From a virus (lineage: Duplodnaviria > Caudoviricetes), in IMG/VR virus record IMGVR_UViG_3300043468_000417, positions 1 to 60,364 of that record: a stretch of 60,364 bases of DNA; one strand, written 5' to 3'. The position numbers and the translations under genes were made by a program. How positions within the stretch are numbered: position 1 is the first letter of the stretch; every line of letters starts with the position of its first letter. A model generated the notes under the pieces. The model did no database searches. It saw only the letters and a program-made list of their open reading frames with translations, and had not been told where the DNA came from. Shown here one piece after another: positions 1-7,423 of this stretch.

Positions 1-1
1 A

Positions 2-85
2 ATGTTAGTTTCAACAAATGAAATTACATCTTACATAATGAGATTCTATAATGGTCATTATGGATTACTAGATAATTTATTCTAG
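2..85 (+). CDS. Small hypothetical ORF, probably truncated by the window edge
   Basis: Open frame MLVSTNEITSYIMRFYNGHYGLLDNLF ending TAG at 83-85. Confidence 0.35.
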   Translation: MLVSTNEITSYIMRFYNGHYGLLDNLF

Positions 86-114
86 TTGACTAGAATATTA
101 TAATAGTATACAAT
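80..114 (+). promoter_or_regulatory. Sigma70-type promoter overlapped by palindrome TTCTAGT-TG-ACTAGAA
   Basis: TTGACT (86-91), 17-nt spacer, TACAAT (109-114); ATG 7 nt later. Confidence 0.65.
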
Positions 115-121
115 AGATACA

Positions 122-229
122 ATGGCTTCTCATAGAATTGTTATTTGTGATAAATGTAGGCGGGAAATAGAAGTAAGATCTGGATTTGCCCATATGACAC
201 TATTCAATCACCAAAAAACATGCAAGTAA
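122..229 (+). CDS. 35-aa C2HC zinc-finger-like microprotein (not in ORF track)
   Basis: MASHRIVICDKCRREIEVRSGFAHMTLFNHQKTCK: CxxC...HxxxC; directly behind a promoter. Confidence 0.6.
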   Translation: MASHRIVICDKCRREIEVRSGFAHMTLFNHQKTCK

Positions 230-303
230 TGATATACTGGATATAGAAAAAATATTTTATTAACATTTTGTTAATTATAAAATACTAGTCGACTAGGATA
301 TAT

Positions 304-510
304 ATGGCAGAGAATGAGAACACATCTTGTTTTACATACAAGGTTGAAATGATTATTCAAATATTAGCAGCAGATCAAGAAACAGCTCGTATGCAACTTG
401 ATGATAAGGGTGGATATGTAACATCACGAAAAGTTACATTCATGGATTCAGTACAAGTATATAAAGGCAATAAGTTAACTAAAAAAGATAAAGAAGCTTT
501 ACCTGATTAA
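304..510 (+). CDS. Hypothetical protein
   Basis: 68-aa ORF, AGGA upstream, preceded by CTAGTCGACTAG palindrome. Confidence 0.7.
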   Translation: MAENENTSCFTYKVEMIIQILAADQETARMQLDDKGGYVTSRKVTFMDSVQVYKGNKLTKKDKEALPD

Positions 511-594
511 TTAAAATTTAAAAAAGCGGGGACACTAAGAAATTCTCTTGCTATAATTAAGCTATATGAGACACTCTTATAGGTATTACCTAGG

Positions 595-879
595 ATGAAG
601 TCCGAAAAGCTCTCTATAGCCAAACAGAAGGCTCATTTGGCATCATATATCAGAGACCTTAAAGAAAAATCTCCTTGTAGAGACTGTGGGAAGTTTTATC
701 CATACTATGTCATGGATTTTGACCACGTCCGTGGCAAGAAGCATGCAAATGTAATGGAACTTATTCCCACATTGTCTAAGAAGAAGATAGATGAAGAAAT
801 AGCCAAATGTGAGATAGTATGTTCTAATTGTCATCGTATTAGGACTCATATGAGACGTATAGCTAAAAAGGGTAAATAA
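595..879 (+). CDS. HNH endonuclease (Zn-binding)
   Basis: CRDCG...MDFDH...CSNCHRIRT pattern. Confidence 0.85.
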   Translation: MKSEKLSIAKQKAHLASYIRDLKEKSPCRDCGKFYPYYVMDFDHVRGKKHANVMELIPTLSKKKIDEEIAKCEIVCSNCHRIRTHMRRIAKKGK

Positions 880-897
880 TATGTCTTCTCTTCCCGC

Positions 898-934
898 CGC
901 ACTTTTTTCGGGCGCACTTTTCAAATCGCACTTT
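898..934 (+). repeat. Three direct repeats CGCACTTT in a promoter region
   Basis: Copies at 898-905, 913-920, 927-934, then TATACT at 941-946 and ATG at 953. Confidence 0.75.
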
Positions 935-952
935 ATTTAGTATACTAGAATT

Positions 953-1612
953 ATGGATAAACCACACTATAACGTAATCATCGCCACCCCAGGAATGGAT
1001 ATGGACGGCGGGTACGTTAGATCGCTCACAGAGACTATCGCTGAGTTAAACAAGCGTAACATCAGTAATATATGGATAGGAGATCATTTTTCCATAGTAA
1101 ATCTAGCTAGAGAGTTTACCTTAGATGCGGGATACCTACTAGATAAAGACGAAATAGATTATTCAGCAAAGGGACCTATAAGAGATACTGTTACTTATGA
1201 TAAAATTTTTCTTATAGATTCCGACATATCTTGGACAACTGATCAGTTTTTAAAACTATACTATTCAGAAAAAGATATTGTTTCTGGTCTTTATATGACG
1301 GTTACTGGCCAACCAACGGTATATCCAAAGGATAAAGAATCTTTTGCAAAAAAGAACCTTGCGGTAGACGATGAGATCATTGAAGTCACTGGATTTGGAT
1401 TAGGTTTTGTTTGCGTTAAAAGTGGAGTATTTGAAAGTCTTGAAAGACCATGGTTTCAGTTTCTTTATACTGATAGATATTCCCCAACTCCAAAAACATT
1501 TATGATAGGAGAGGATATTTCATGGTGTATGCGTGTTTCAGAATTAGGATACATATTATATTCTGATTTAGGGGTTAAGGTTAAACACTGTAAAAAAATT
1601 TTTTTAGGATAG
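953..1612 (+). CDS. GT-A fold (GT2-like) glycosyltransferase
   Basis: IIATP start, IDSD DxD motif, GFGLGFVCVK, GEDISWC. Confidence 0.8.
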   Translation: MDKPHYNVIIATPGMDMDGGYVRSLTETIAELNKRNISNIWIGDHFSIVNLAREFTLDAGYLLDKDEIDYSAKGPIRDTVTYDKIFLIDSDISWTTDQFLKLYYSEKDIVSGLYMTVTGQPTVYPKDKESFAKKNLAVDDEIIEVTGFGLGFVCVKSGVFESLERPWFQFLYTDRYSPTPKTFMIGEDISWCMRVSELGYILYSDLGVKVKHCKKIFLG

Positions 1613-1617
1613 TTTTT

Positions 1618-1690
1618 TGGACCATAGCTCAGTTGGCAGAGCGTAGAGCTGTTAACTCTAATGTCCCAGGTTCGAGCCCTGGTGGTCCAG
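1618..1690 (+). tRNA. tRNA-Asn(GTT)
   Basis: Acceptor TGGACCA/TGGTCCA, anticodon arm TAGAG-CTGTTAA-CTCTA, GGTTCGA T-loop; no encoded CCA. Confidence 0.93.
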
Positions 1691-1694
1691 CTTA

Positions 1695-1768
1695 GCACCA
1701 GTAGCCAAGTTGGTTAAGGCCCCGAACTCATAATTCGGCTATCGTAGGTTCAAGTCCTGCCTGGTGTA
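1695..1768 (+). tRNA. tRNA with CAT anticodon (elongator Met or Ile2, not initiator)
   Basis: Acceptor GCACCAG/CTGGTGT, arm CCGAA-CTCATAA-TTCGG; lacks initiator C1:A72 and triple G-C features. Confidence 0.9.
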
Positions 1769-1772
1769 CTTA

Positions 1773-1846
1773 GCGACTATTGCATAGTGGTAGTGCGTAA
1801 CCTTGCCAAGGTTAATGTGCGAGTTCGATTCTCGCTAGTCGCTCCA
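1773..1846 (+). tRNA. tRNA-Gly(GCC)
   Basis: Acceptor GCGACTA/TAGTCGC, arm TAACC-TTGCCAA-GGTTA, ends TCCA (CCA encoded). Confidence 0.95.
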
Positions 1847-1847
1847 A

Positions 1848-1920
1848 ACCTCTGTAGTTCAGTGGAGAGAACAATGGACTTCTAAGCCATGTGTCGCAAG
1901 TTCGATTCTTGCCAGGGGTA
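1848..1920 (+). tRNA. tRNA-Arg(TCT)
   Basis: Acceptor ACCTCTG/CAGGGGT, loop CTTCTAA, GTTCGA T-loop. Confidence 0.9.
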
Positions 1921-1921
1921 C

Positions 1922-1964
1922 AAAAAGAAAAAATCCCATTCAGAGGCGGATCCGAATGGGTTTT
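1922..1964 (-). terminator. Intrinsic terminator, possibly bidirectional
   Basis: 10-bp stem followed by ATTTTTTCTTTTT on minus; short T-run on plus. Confidence 0.75.
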
Positions 1965-2024
1965 CCTAGTGTATTGCTACACATTATACTGGGAGCTTAA
2001 TCTGTGGGATGCTACAACCAGTAC
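1922..2024 (-). ncRNA. Candidate ~100-nt structured small RNA
   Basis: Own promoter, three hairpins (UACUGG/CCAGUA; GUGUA-GCAA-UACAC; CCCAUUCGGA-UCCGCC-UCUGAAUGGG) and U-tract; no convincing ORF. Confidence 0.6.
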
Positions 2025-2030
2025 ATAATT

Positions 2031-2059
2031 ATTATAAAATAACTATTGTTCTAAGTCAA
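2031..2059 (-). promoter_or_regulatory. Near-consensus sigma70 promoter
   Basis: Minus strand TTGACT (2059-2054), 17 nt, TATAAT (2036-2031). Confidence 0.8.
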
Positions 2060-2291
2060 TAGTGTCTTGCACAAAGTTTATATCAGTATTTGGTGTGTCT
2101 GGAACAAATGAGGGTGTAGGACCAAGCAGGTATCCTTGATTATGATATTCGACCATTTTGGAAGTATCTTCTGACCCCACTAATTTATTTGATATTAGGG
2201 TAAGTAGGTCATAAATTCTATGTAGCATAATGTAGTTGACCATTGGTAGATTATCTTCTAAATTCTGAGGTTGTTCTTTATTTTCCGTCAT
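2043..2291 (-). CDS. Hypothetical protein
   Basis: 82-aa ORF, last of a tightly packed minus-strand operon. Confidence 0.7.
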   Translation of the reverse strand: MTENKEQPQNLEDNLPMVNYIMLHRIYDLLTLISNKLVGSEDTSKMVEYHNQGYLLGPTPSFVPDTPNTDINFVQDTIDLEQ

Positions 2292-2394
2292 TTGGTCTAC
2301 CTAGATCTTCCCAAAACTTTTCCCGCCCCATGGCGTCAGTCTCTTTAATAGTGCCTCCGTCAGTTAGAATCGACGGCTGATTTAAGTTTTCCAT
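2278..2394 (-). CDS. 38-aa hypothetical protein (not in ORF track)
   Basis: MENLNQPSILTDGGTIKETDAMGREKFWEDLGRPNDGK fills the gap between neighbours. Confidence 0.5.
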   Translation of the reverse strand: MENLNQPSILTDGGTIKETDAMGREKFWEDLGRPNDGK

Positions 2395-2566
2395 AGTATT
2401 CCAATCCAACATCTTTTTTAAAGCTACAAGATAGGCAGTATAGATATATTATACCTTCGTTTGTTTCGTTGCACATTAAAGGGCCCTGATCCATAGGACA
2501 TTCAAGTCTAGGAACAAGGCCCTTCTCTGCTAGGAGCAGGTATTTAGACACATACTGTATCTTCAT
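2360..2566 (-). CDS. Small Zn-ribbon-like protein
   Basis: CPMD...CLSC; AAGGGTAGGT upstream. Confidence 0.7.
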   Translation of the reverse strand: MKIQYVSKYLLLAEKGLVPRLECPMDQGPLMCNETNEGIIYLYCLSCSFKKDVGLEYYGKLKSAVDSN

Positions 2567-2578
2567 ATACCTACCCTT

Positions 2579-3139
2579 CTAATTTTTGAATTCTATTAGG
2601 AATTCTTTATATCTTTCCCCATTTAGGGAAGACCATGATGACCAATCGGTTCCGCCCTTAGTCATATAATACGTTATCTCTGCATTTATTACTGGATCAA
2701 ATAATGTGATATTTGATTTTAATTCAAATTTTTCTTTACGATCTACGCCGAGGTTACCCAACATATTGATCTGAAAAATTCCATAGGAACTGTCTCCAGT
2801 TTTCCTGTTACCATTGTAAGCCATAGGCCTTGCATTGGATTCTGACTTAGCAATAGCCCAAGCCTGTTTAAGGGCTTTTCCTTCAAAGCCAACAGCTGAT
2901 AGAAGTTCTTTTAGTTCTCCGTCTGTTAGCGTCTCAGAAGGCTTGTACACAGTAGTGCTGTACTTCTCTAAGGTTTCTTTCTTTAGTTGTACTGTAGATT
3001 TCACAGGTGTTTCCACCTGCAATGCTTGAGTTATTGTTGGCCCAGGCTGGACAGTAAATAAGAATAATGTTATCATTCCTATATAAGACCAGTTATGAGC
3101 AACATCACTCAACCGTTGTTTTATATTCTCCATTGGCAT
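2579..3139 (-). CDS. Lysozyme-like lytic transglycosylase with N-terminal hydrophobic segment
   Basis: AIAKSES catalytic Glu, SYGIFQIN, WSSW; GGAGG RBS. Confidence 0.85.
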   Translation of the reverse strand: MPMENIKQRLSDVAHNWSYIGMITLFLFTVQPGPTITQALQVETPVKSTVQLKKETLEKYSTTVYKPSETLTDGELKELLSAVGFEGKALKQAWAIAKSESNARPMAYNGNRKTGDSSYGIFQINMLGNLGVDRKEKFELKSNITLFDPVINAEITYYMTKGGTDWSSWSSLNGERYKEFLIEFKN

Positions 3140-3166
3140 TTCCTCCTTTAGAGATAACGAACTATA

Positions 3167-3209
3167 ATAGTAGCATTACTTGACAGTAGGTGTCAAGCTA
3201 GTCAACCAG
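3167..3209. promoter_or_regulatory. Divergent promoter region
   Basis: TTGACA-N5-TGTCAA (3180-3196); minus strand TTGACA-N18-TACTAT with extended TG; CTAGTCAACCAG at 3198-3209. Confidence 0.6.
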
Positions 3210-3219
3210 AAAGATTAAA

Positions 3220-4203
3220 ATGGAAATATCATATTCTACGCCTAGATCCAACTTGACAACCAAGAATGGTTACGGTCACGCTGGATTTAAAGTAGCAGAA
3301 TGTCTAACTAAAATGGGTCATAGATTAACTTATCAGAACCCTAAAGCTAAATTACAAATTAATTTTTCACAACCTACAAATTATAAATTACATAGAAATC
3401 AATATCAGATTGGTTATACTCCATGGGAATCAACAGTTATTCCAGAATCTTGGAGAGAAAGAATAGATTCTTGTGACGAGTTTTGGACAACATCTCAATG
3501 GTGTAAAGATGTATATGAGAATAATGGATTTAAGGTATCTAATGTTTTCCCGCATGGCATAGATCCAATGTGGTCACCTAAAAAGCGAGAGTATACAAAT
3601 GTTGTAAAGTTCTTACATGTTGGCGAACCAGCAGAAAGAAAAGGCGGACAAGATACAGTAAACGCATTTATAAAAGCGTTTGGTAATAATCCTAATTATA
3701 CATTAACAATAAAGGCTCATAAGTCTAGCGTTCTAAGGGTATACGATAGAGAGGGAAGCATTCTTGGACTTCCCCACGAAATGTATAGTAATATTAAATT
3801 AGATGAAAGAGAATTAGAAGATAACGAGTTGGTAGACATGTATCATCAACATGATGTTATGATCTATCCTACTTATGGAGAAGGATTCGGATTCATTCCA
3901 TTTCAAGCACTTGCAACAGGCATGCCAGTTATATCAACATACGAATGGGCAGACTATAAAAAGTATCTAGGTCCTCTAAAGTTAAACTCTACACTTATAG
4001 ATTCTCCTTGGAATGTGATGCATCCTGGAAAAGTTTACAAGCCAGATAGCAATCATTTAGTTAATTTGATAGAAGATGCTGCAGCTAATTTTAAAGCATA
4101 CTCTGGATATTATTATGCTCAGTCAACTGAAATACATAAAGAATATAATTGGGATCAGTTGACTAATAAAGCTTTTGAAGAAGTATTTAAAAAAATATCA
4201 TAA
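3220..4203 (+). CDS. GT-B fold (GT4-like) glycosyltransferase
   Basis: GYGHAG, FLHVG...RKG, EGFGFIPFQALATGMPVI. Confidence 0.88.
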   Translation: MEISYSTPRSNLTTKNGYGHAGFKVAECLTKMGHRLTYQNPKAKLQINFSQPTNYKLHRNQYQIGYTPWESTVIPESWRERIDSCDEFWTTSQWCKDVYENNGFKVSNVFPHGIDPMWSPKKREYTNVVKFLHVGEPAERKGGQDTVNAFIKAFGNNPNYTLTIKAHKSSVLRVYDREGSILGLPHEMYSNIKLDERELEDNELVDMYHQHDVMIYPTYGEGFGFIPFQALATGMPVISTYEWADYKKYLGPLKLNSTLIDSPWNVMHPGKVYKPDSNHLVNLIEDAAANFKAYSGYYYAQSTEIHKEYNWDQLTNKAFEEVFKKIS

Positions 4204-4290
4204 CCCCTTCCCCTTTGGATTAAAGTTTGGTAGAATTGGACTTCAACTAAAATTATAAACCGCAAGGCGGAGAAAAGGTGTTATTTAAAA

Positions 4291-6225
4291 ATGTCAAGAA
4301 CTATTGAAAACCCATACGAAAACTTTATTGCATTGTCACGTTATGCAAGATGGATATCAGAAGATAACCGTCGTGAAACATGGGGTGAAACAGTAGATAG
4401 ATATTTTGATTTTATGACAGATCACCTAAACAAAAATCACTCATACGTGCCAGAGGAAAAACTTCTTAAAGAATTAAAGGATGCAGTTTATAATCGCAAT
4501 GTAATGCCATCAATGAGATCAGTGATGACTGCAGGTGCTGCATTAGATAGAGATCATGTTGCAGGCTATAACTGTTCATTTGTTCCAGTAGACTCACCAC
4601 GTTCATTTGATGAAACAATGTATATCTTGATGTGTGGAACAGGTGTTGGTTTCTCTGTAGAATACAAGTATGTTAATAAGCTTCCTGCCGTTCCAGAAGC
4701 ATTTGAAAAGTCTACAACCGTAATTGTTGTTGAAGATTCTAAGACTGGATGGGCAAAGGCTTATCGTGAACTACTTGCCATGTTATGGGCAGGACAGGTT
4801 CCAGCAATTGATGTAAGTAAACTACGTCCAGCAGGTGCACGTCTTAAGACAATGGGTGGTCGCTCATCAGGTCCACAACCATTAATTAATTTATTTGATT
4901 TTACAATTGCAAAGTTTAAAGTTGCAGCAGGTCGTCAGCTAAAGCCTATTGAGGCACACGATATTATGTGCAAAATTGGAGAAGTTGTAGTAGTTGGCGG
5001 AGTTCGTCGTTCTGCAATGATTTCACTTTCTAATATTAATGATATTGAAATGGCTCAGGCTAAATCAGGTAACTGGTGGGAAAACAATTCACAACGTGCT
5101 CTTTCAAATAACTCTGTTGCGTATTCTCGCAAACCAGAGATGGAACAGTTTATTGCAGAATGGAAATCACTATATGACTCAAAGTCTGGCGAACGTGGAA
5201 TCTACAATGTTGCAGCAGCCCAAAAGCAGGCAGCTAAATATGGACGAAGGGACCCTGAAGTACATTATGGAACCAACCCTTGTTCAGAAATTATTCTCCG
5301 TCCTTATCAGTTTTGTAATCTTTCAGAAGTCGTATTACGTGAAAAGGATACAAAGAAAGATATCGAAAGAAAAGTAGAGCTTGCTACAATTCTTGGTACA
5401 TGGCAAGCAACTTTAACAGACTTTAAGTATCTTCGTAAAATTTGGAAAGATAACACAGAAGAGGAACGCCTACTAGGAGTTTCTCTAACTGGACAATTTG
5501 GGCATAAGTTTATGTCGGGTAAAGAAGACCTAGTTTCTCTGGAAGCATTTCTAATGTCTTTAAGAGAAAAGGCAAGAGAAGTAAATACAGAAGAGGCTGG
5601 GAAAATTGGGATTCCACAGTCTGCCGCTATTACATGTGTAAAGCCTTCAGGCACAGTATCTCAATTGGTCGGGGTGTCTTCAGGAATGCATGCCTGGCAT
5701 TCTCCATATTATATTCGTACAGTTCGTGGTTCAAAGGGGGATCCAATCTCTACATTTTTGAAAGAAGTTGGAATTCCAGTAGAAGATGATGTAATGAAGC
5801 CAAATGACACATACGTCTTTTCGTTTCCAGTAAAAGCACCAGAAGGTGCAATTGTCAGAAATGATTTAACAGCAATTGAGCATTTAAATATTTGGCTAGT
5901 TTACCAACGTGCATGGTGTGAGCATAAGCCATCAATTACAGTTTCAGTTAAAGAAGATGAGTGGATGGAGGTTGGCGCTTGGGTATATAAGCATTTTGAT
6001 GAAGTATCAGGTATTTCATTCCTGCCACATTCAGATCACTCATATAAACAAGCTCCATACCAAGAAGTTTCTAAAGAAGAATATGAAAATCTGCTTTCTA
6101 AGATGCCTAAGAGCATTCGTTGGGAAGACTTATCTTTTTATGAAACAGAAGATGGTACAAGCGGAACACAGACCCTTGCCTGTACTTCAGATGGAAATTG
6201 TGAGATTGTAGACATTTCCGCTTAA
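4291..6225 (+). CDS. nrdJ: Class II adenosylcobalamin-dependent ribonucleotide reductase (monomeric RTPR type)
   Basis: YNC, GGVRRSA, GTNPCSE, FCNLSE, KPSGTVSQL, C-terminal ACTSDGNCE. Confidence 0.93.
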   Translation: MSRTIENPYENFIALSRYARWISEDNRRETWGETVDRYFDFMTDHLNKNHSYVPEEKLLKELKDAVYNRNVMPSMRSVMTAGAALDRDHVAGYNCSFVPVDSPRSFDETMYILMCGTGVGFSVEYKYVNKLPAVPEAFEKSTTVIVVEDSKTGWAKAYRELLAMLWAGQVPAIDVSKLRPAGARLKTMGGRSSGPQPLINLFDFTIAKFKVAAGRQLKPIEAHDIMCKIGEVVVVGGVRRSAMISLSNINDIEMAQAKSGNWWENNSQRALSNNSVAYSRKPEMEQFIAEWKSLYDSKSGERGIYNVAAAQKQAAKYGRRDPEVHYGTNPCSEIILRPYQFCNLSEVVLREKDTKKDIERKVELATILGTWQATLTDFKYLRKIWKDNTEEERLLGVSLTGQFGHKFMSGKEDLVSLEAFLMSLREKAREVNTEEAGKIGIPQSAAITCVKPSGTVSQLVGVSSGMHAWHSPYYIRTVRGSKGDPISTFLKEVGIPVEDDVMKPNDTYVFSFPVKAPEGAIVRNDLTAIEHLNIWLVYQRAWCEHKPSITVSVKEDEWMEVGAWVYKHFDEVSGISFLPHSDHSYKQAPYQEVSKEEYENLLSKMPKSIRWEDLSFYETEDGTSGTQTLACTSDGNCEIVDISA

Positions 6226-6292
6226 AGGGTATATAATAAAGATTGGGGTAAAACCCAAAATTCCTGGGCACACGGCCCAGAAATAAGGAGGA
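6209..6292 (+). promoter_or_regulatory. Promoter plus two-hairpin 5' leader
   Basis: TAGACA-N17-TATAAT (6209-6237); TTGGG-GTAAAA-CCCAA and CTGGGC-ACACG-GCCCAG; AAGGAGG RBS. Confidence 0.6.
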
Positions 6293-6298
6293 TCTAAA

Positions 6299-6529
6299 TT
6301 GGCAACAAAAGAAGATCTTAACAATGATGGAAAGGTAACTATGCAAGAGAAAATTCTAGCAGCGTTAGCAAGCTATGGTCGTCACTTTTTAGGTGCGGCT
6401 ATTGCTCTTTACATGACTGGAAATACTGACCCAGGAGACCTAATCAAGGGTGGTATTGCGGCTTGTCTACCAGTTATTTTGAAGGCACTTAATCCAAATG
6501 AAAGTTCATTTGGCTTTACAAAGAAGTAA
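6299..6529 (+). CDS. Small two-TM membrane protein, putative holin (TTG start)
   Basis: Two hydrophobic segments, KALNPN..FG and basic C-terminus. Confidence 0.55.
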   Translation: MATKEDLNNDGKVTMQEKILAALASYGRHFLGAAIALYMTGNTDPGDLIKGGIAACLPVILKALNPNESSFGFTKK

Positions 6530-6542
6530 AATTCAGTAAGTA

Positions 6543-6589
6543 ATTAGGACGGCTCCTATGCTAAAATGAGCATAGGAGTTTTCCTATTT
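6543..6589 (+). terminator. Strong hairpin, probable terminator, with an extended -10 in its loop region
   Basis: CTCCTATGCT/AGCATAGGAG 10-bp stem then TTTT; TGCTAAAAT at 6559-6567. Confidence 0.6.
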
Positions 6590-6603
6590 AGGAGATTTAG
6601 CAA

Positions 6604-6951
6604 ATGGCAGGTCAAAAGAATTGGGAAGTGGATCAAAACACTACCTTCACATTTACCGTTGAATATAAAGACGACGACGGAGATCCAATCGTTCTTACAA
6701 ATTGTTCCGCAAAAATGCAGGTTCGTGATACTAAGGGTGGAAGCAAGTTAGCTTTTAGTCTTACATCACCATCAGGCGGAATACTAATAGACGAAGCCCT
6801 AGGCAAGTTAACTATTAAGATGACCCCTACTCAAACCAATAAATTATTCTATCCAAAGTCCTCATATGACATTATGCTAACTGATAGCAATTTGAATAAA
6901 ACCAAATTACTTGAAGGATTCATAACTTTGAGCAGATCGGTGACCATTTAA
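6604..6951 (+). CDS. Ig-like beta-sandwich virion anchor protein (BppU-N-like)
   Basis: DQNTTF...AKMQVR...YDIML...LLEG pattern typical of fibre anchors. Confidence 0.6.
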   Translation: MAGQKNWEVDQNTTFTFTVEYKDDDGDPIVLTNCSAKMQVRDTKGGSKLAFSLTSPSGGILIDEALGKLTIKMTPTQTNKLFYPKSSYDIMLTDSNLNKTKLLEGFITLSRSVTI

Positions 6952-7409
6952 TGCCAATCACTAATAATAATAGCAATCCGACAGTAGTCGTAACAGAAGA
7001 AGTTAAAAGAGTAGTTTTAAATACTCCAGGACCTCAAGGTCCTAGAGGAAAAACAATTTTGAATGGAGATGGTGTTCCAGCCGATAATCTAGGTTTCGAA
7101 GGCGATTTCTACTATGACAAACTAACAACTAGATTCTATGGCCCAAAGCCAAGTGATGCTTCTTGGACTGGGGCAACAAACTATCTACTCAGCACAAGCA
7201 CCCTTACATACCCTTTCTCAATAAATCAGGTTGTAAATGCAGGATCGTACTACTACCTTGAAATAACACATAATATGGGCTATAACCCAAATGTTACCGT
7301 CAAGAATAGCGCTGGAGATATATTAGAAACAGGAATAGACTATAATAGTATTAACAAAATTACACTGACAATGGCTCAACCATTCGGTGGGACAGCATAC
7401 CTGTCTTAA
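6951..7409 (+). CDS. Virion structural protein with short collagen motif and C-terminal HNxG domain
   Basis: GPQGPRG, GDFYYD...FYGPK, THNMGYNPNVTV. Confidence 0.65.
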   Translation: MPITNNNSNPTVVVTEEVKRVVLNTPGPQGPRGKTILNGDGVPADNLGFEGDFYYDKLTTRFYGPKPSDASWTGATNYLLSTSTLTYPFSINQVVNAGSYYYLEITHNMGYNPNVTVKNSAGDILETGIDYNSINKITLTMAQPFGGTAYLS

Positions 7410-7423
7410 GGGAGATATAGCAT

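Noticed and set aside
1465-1698. Minus-strand 77-aa ORF
   Set aside because: Antisense to tRNA-Asn and the glycosyltransferase
1965-2024. PreQ1-I riboswitch resemblance (ACUGG-UUGUAG...C-CCAGU-AUAA)
   Set aside because: A-rich tail is replaced by a hairpin and there is no downstream gene to regulate; needs an Rfam scan to exclude fully
1921-2030. Theta/HDV-like ribozyme after the last tRNA
   Set aside because: Plus strand starts with an A-run and shows no nested double pseudoknot; tetraloop, G-U pairs and promoter favour the minus strand
4204-6225. Cobalamin riboswitch, NrdR box or intein at nrdJ
   Set aside because: Leader too short, no box recognised, and protein length and motifs are continuous
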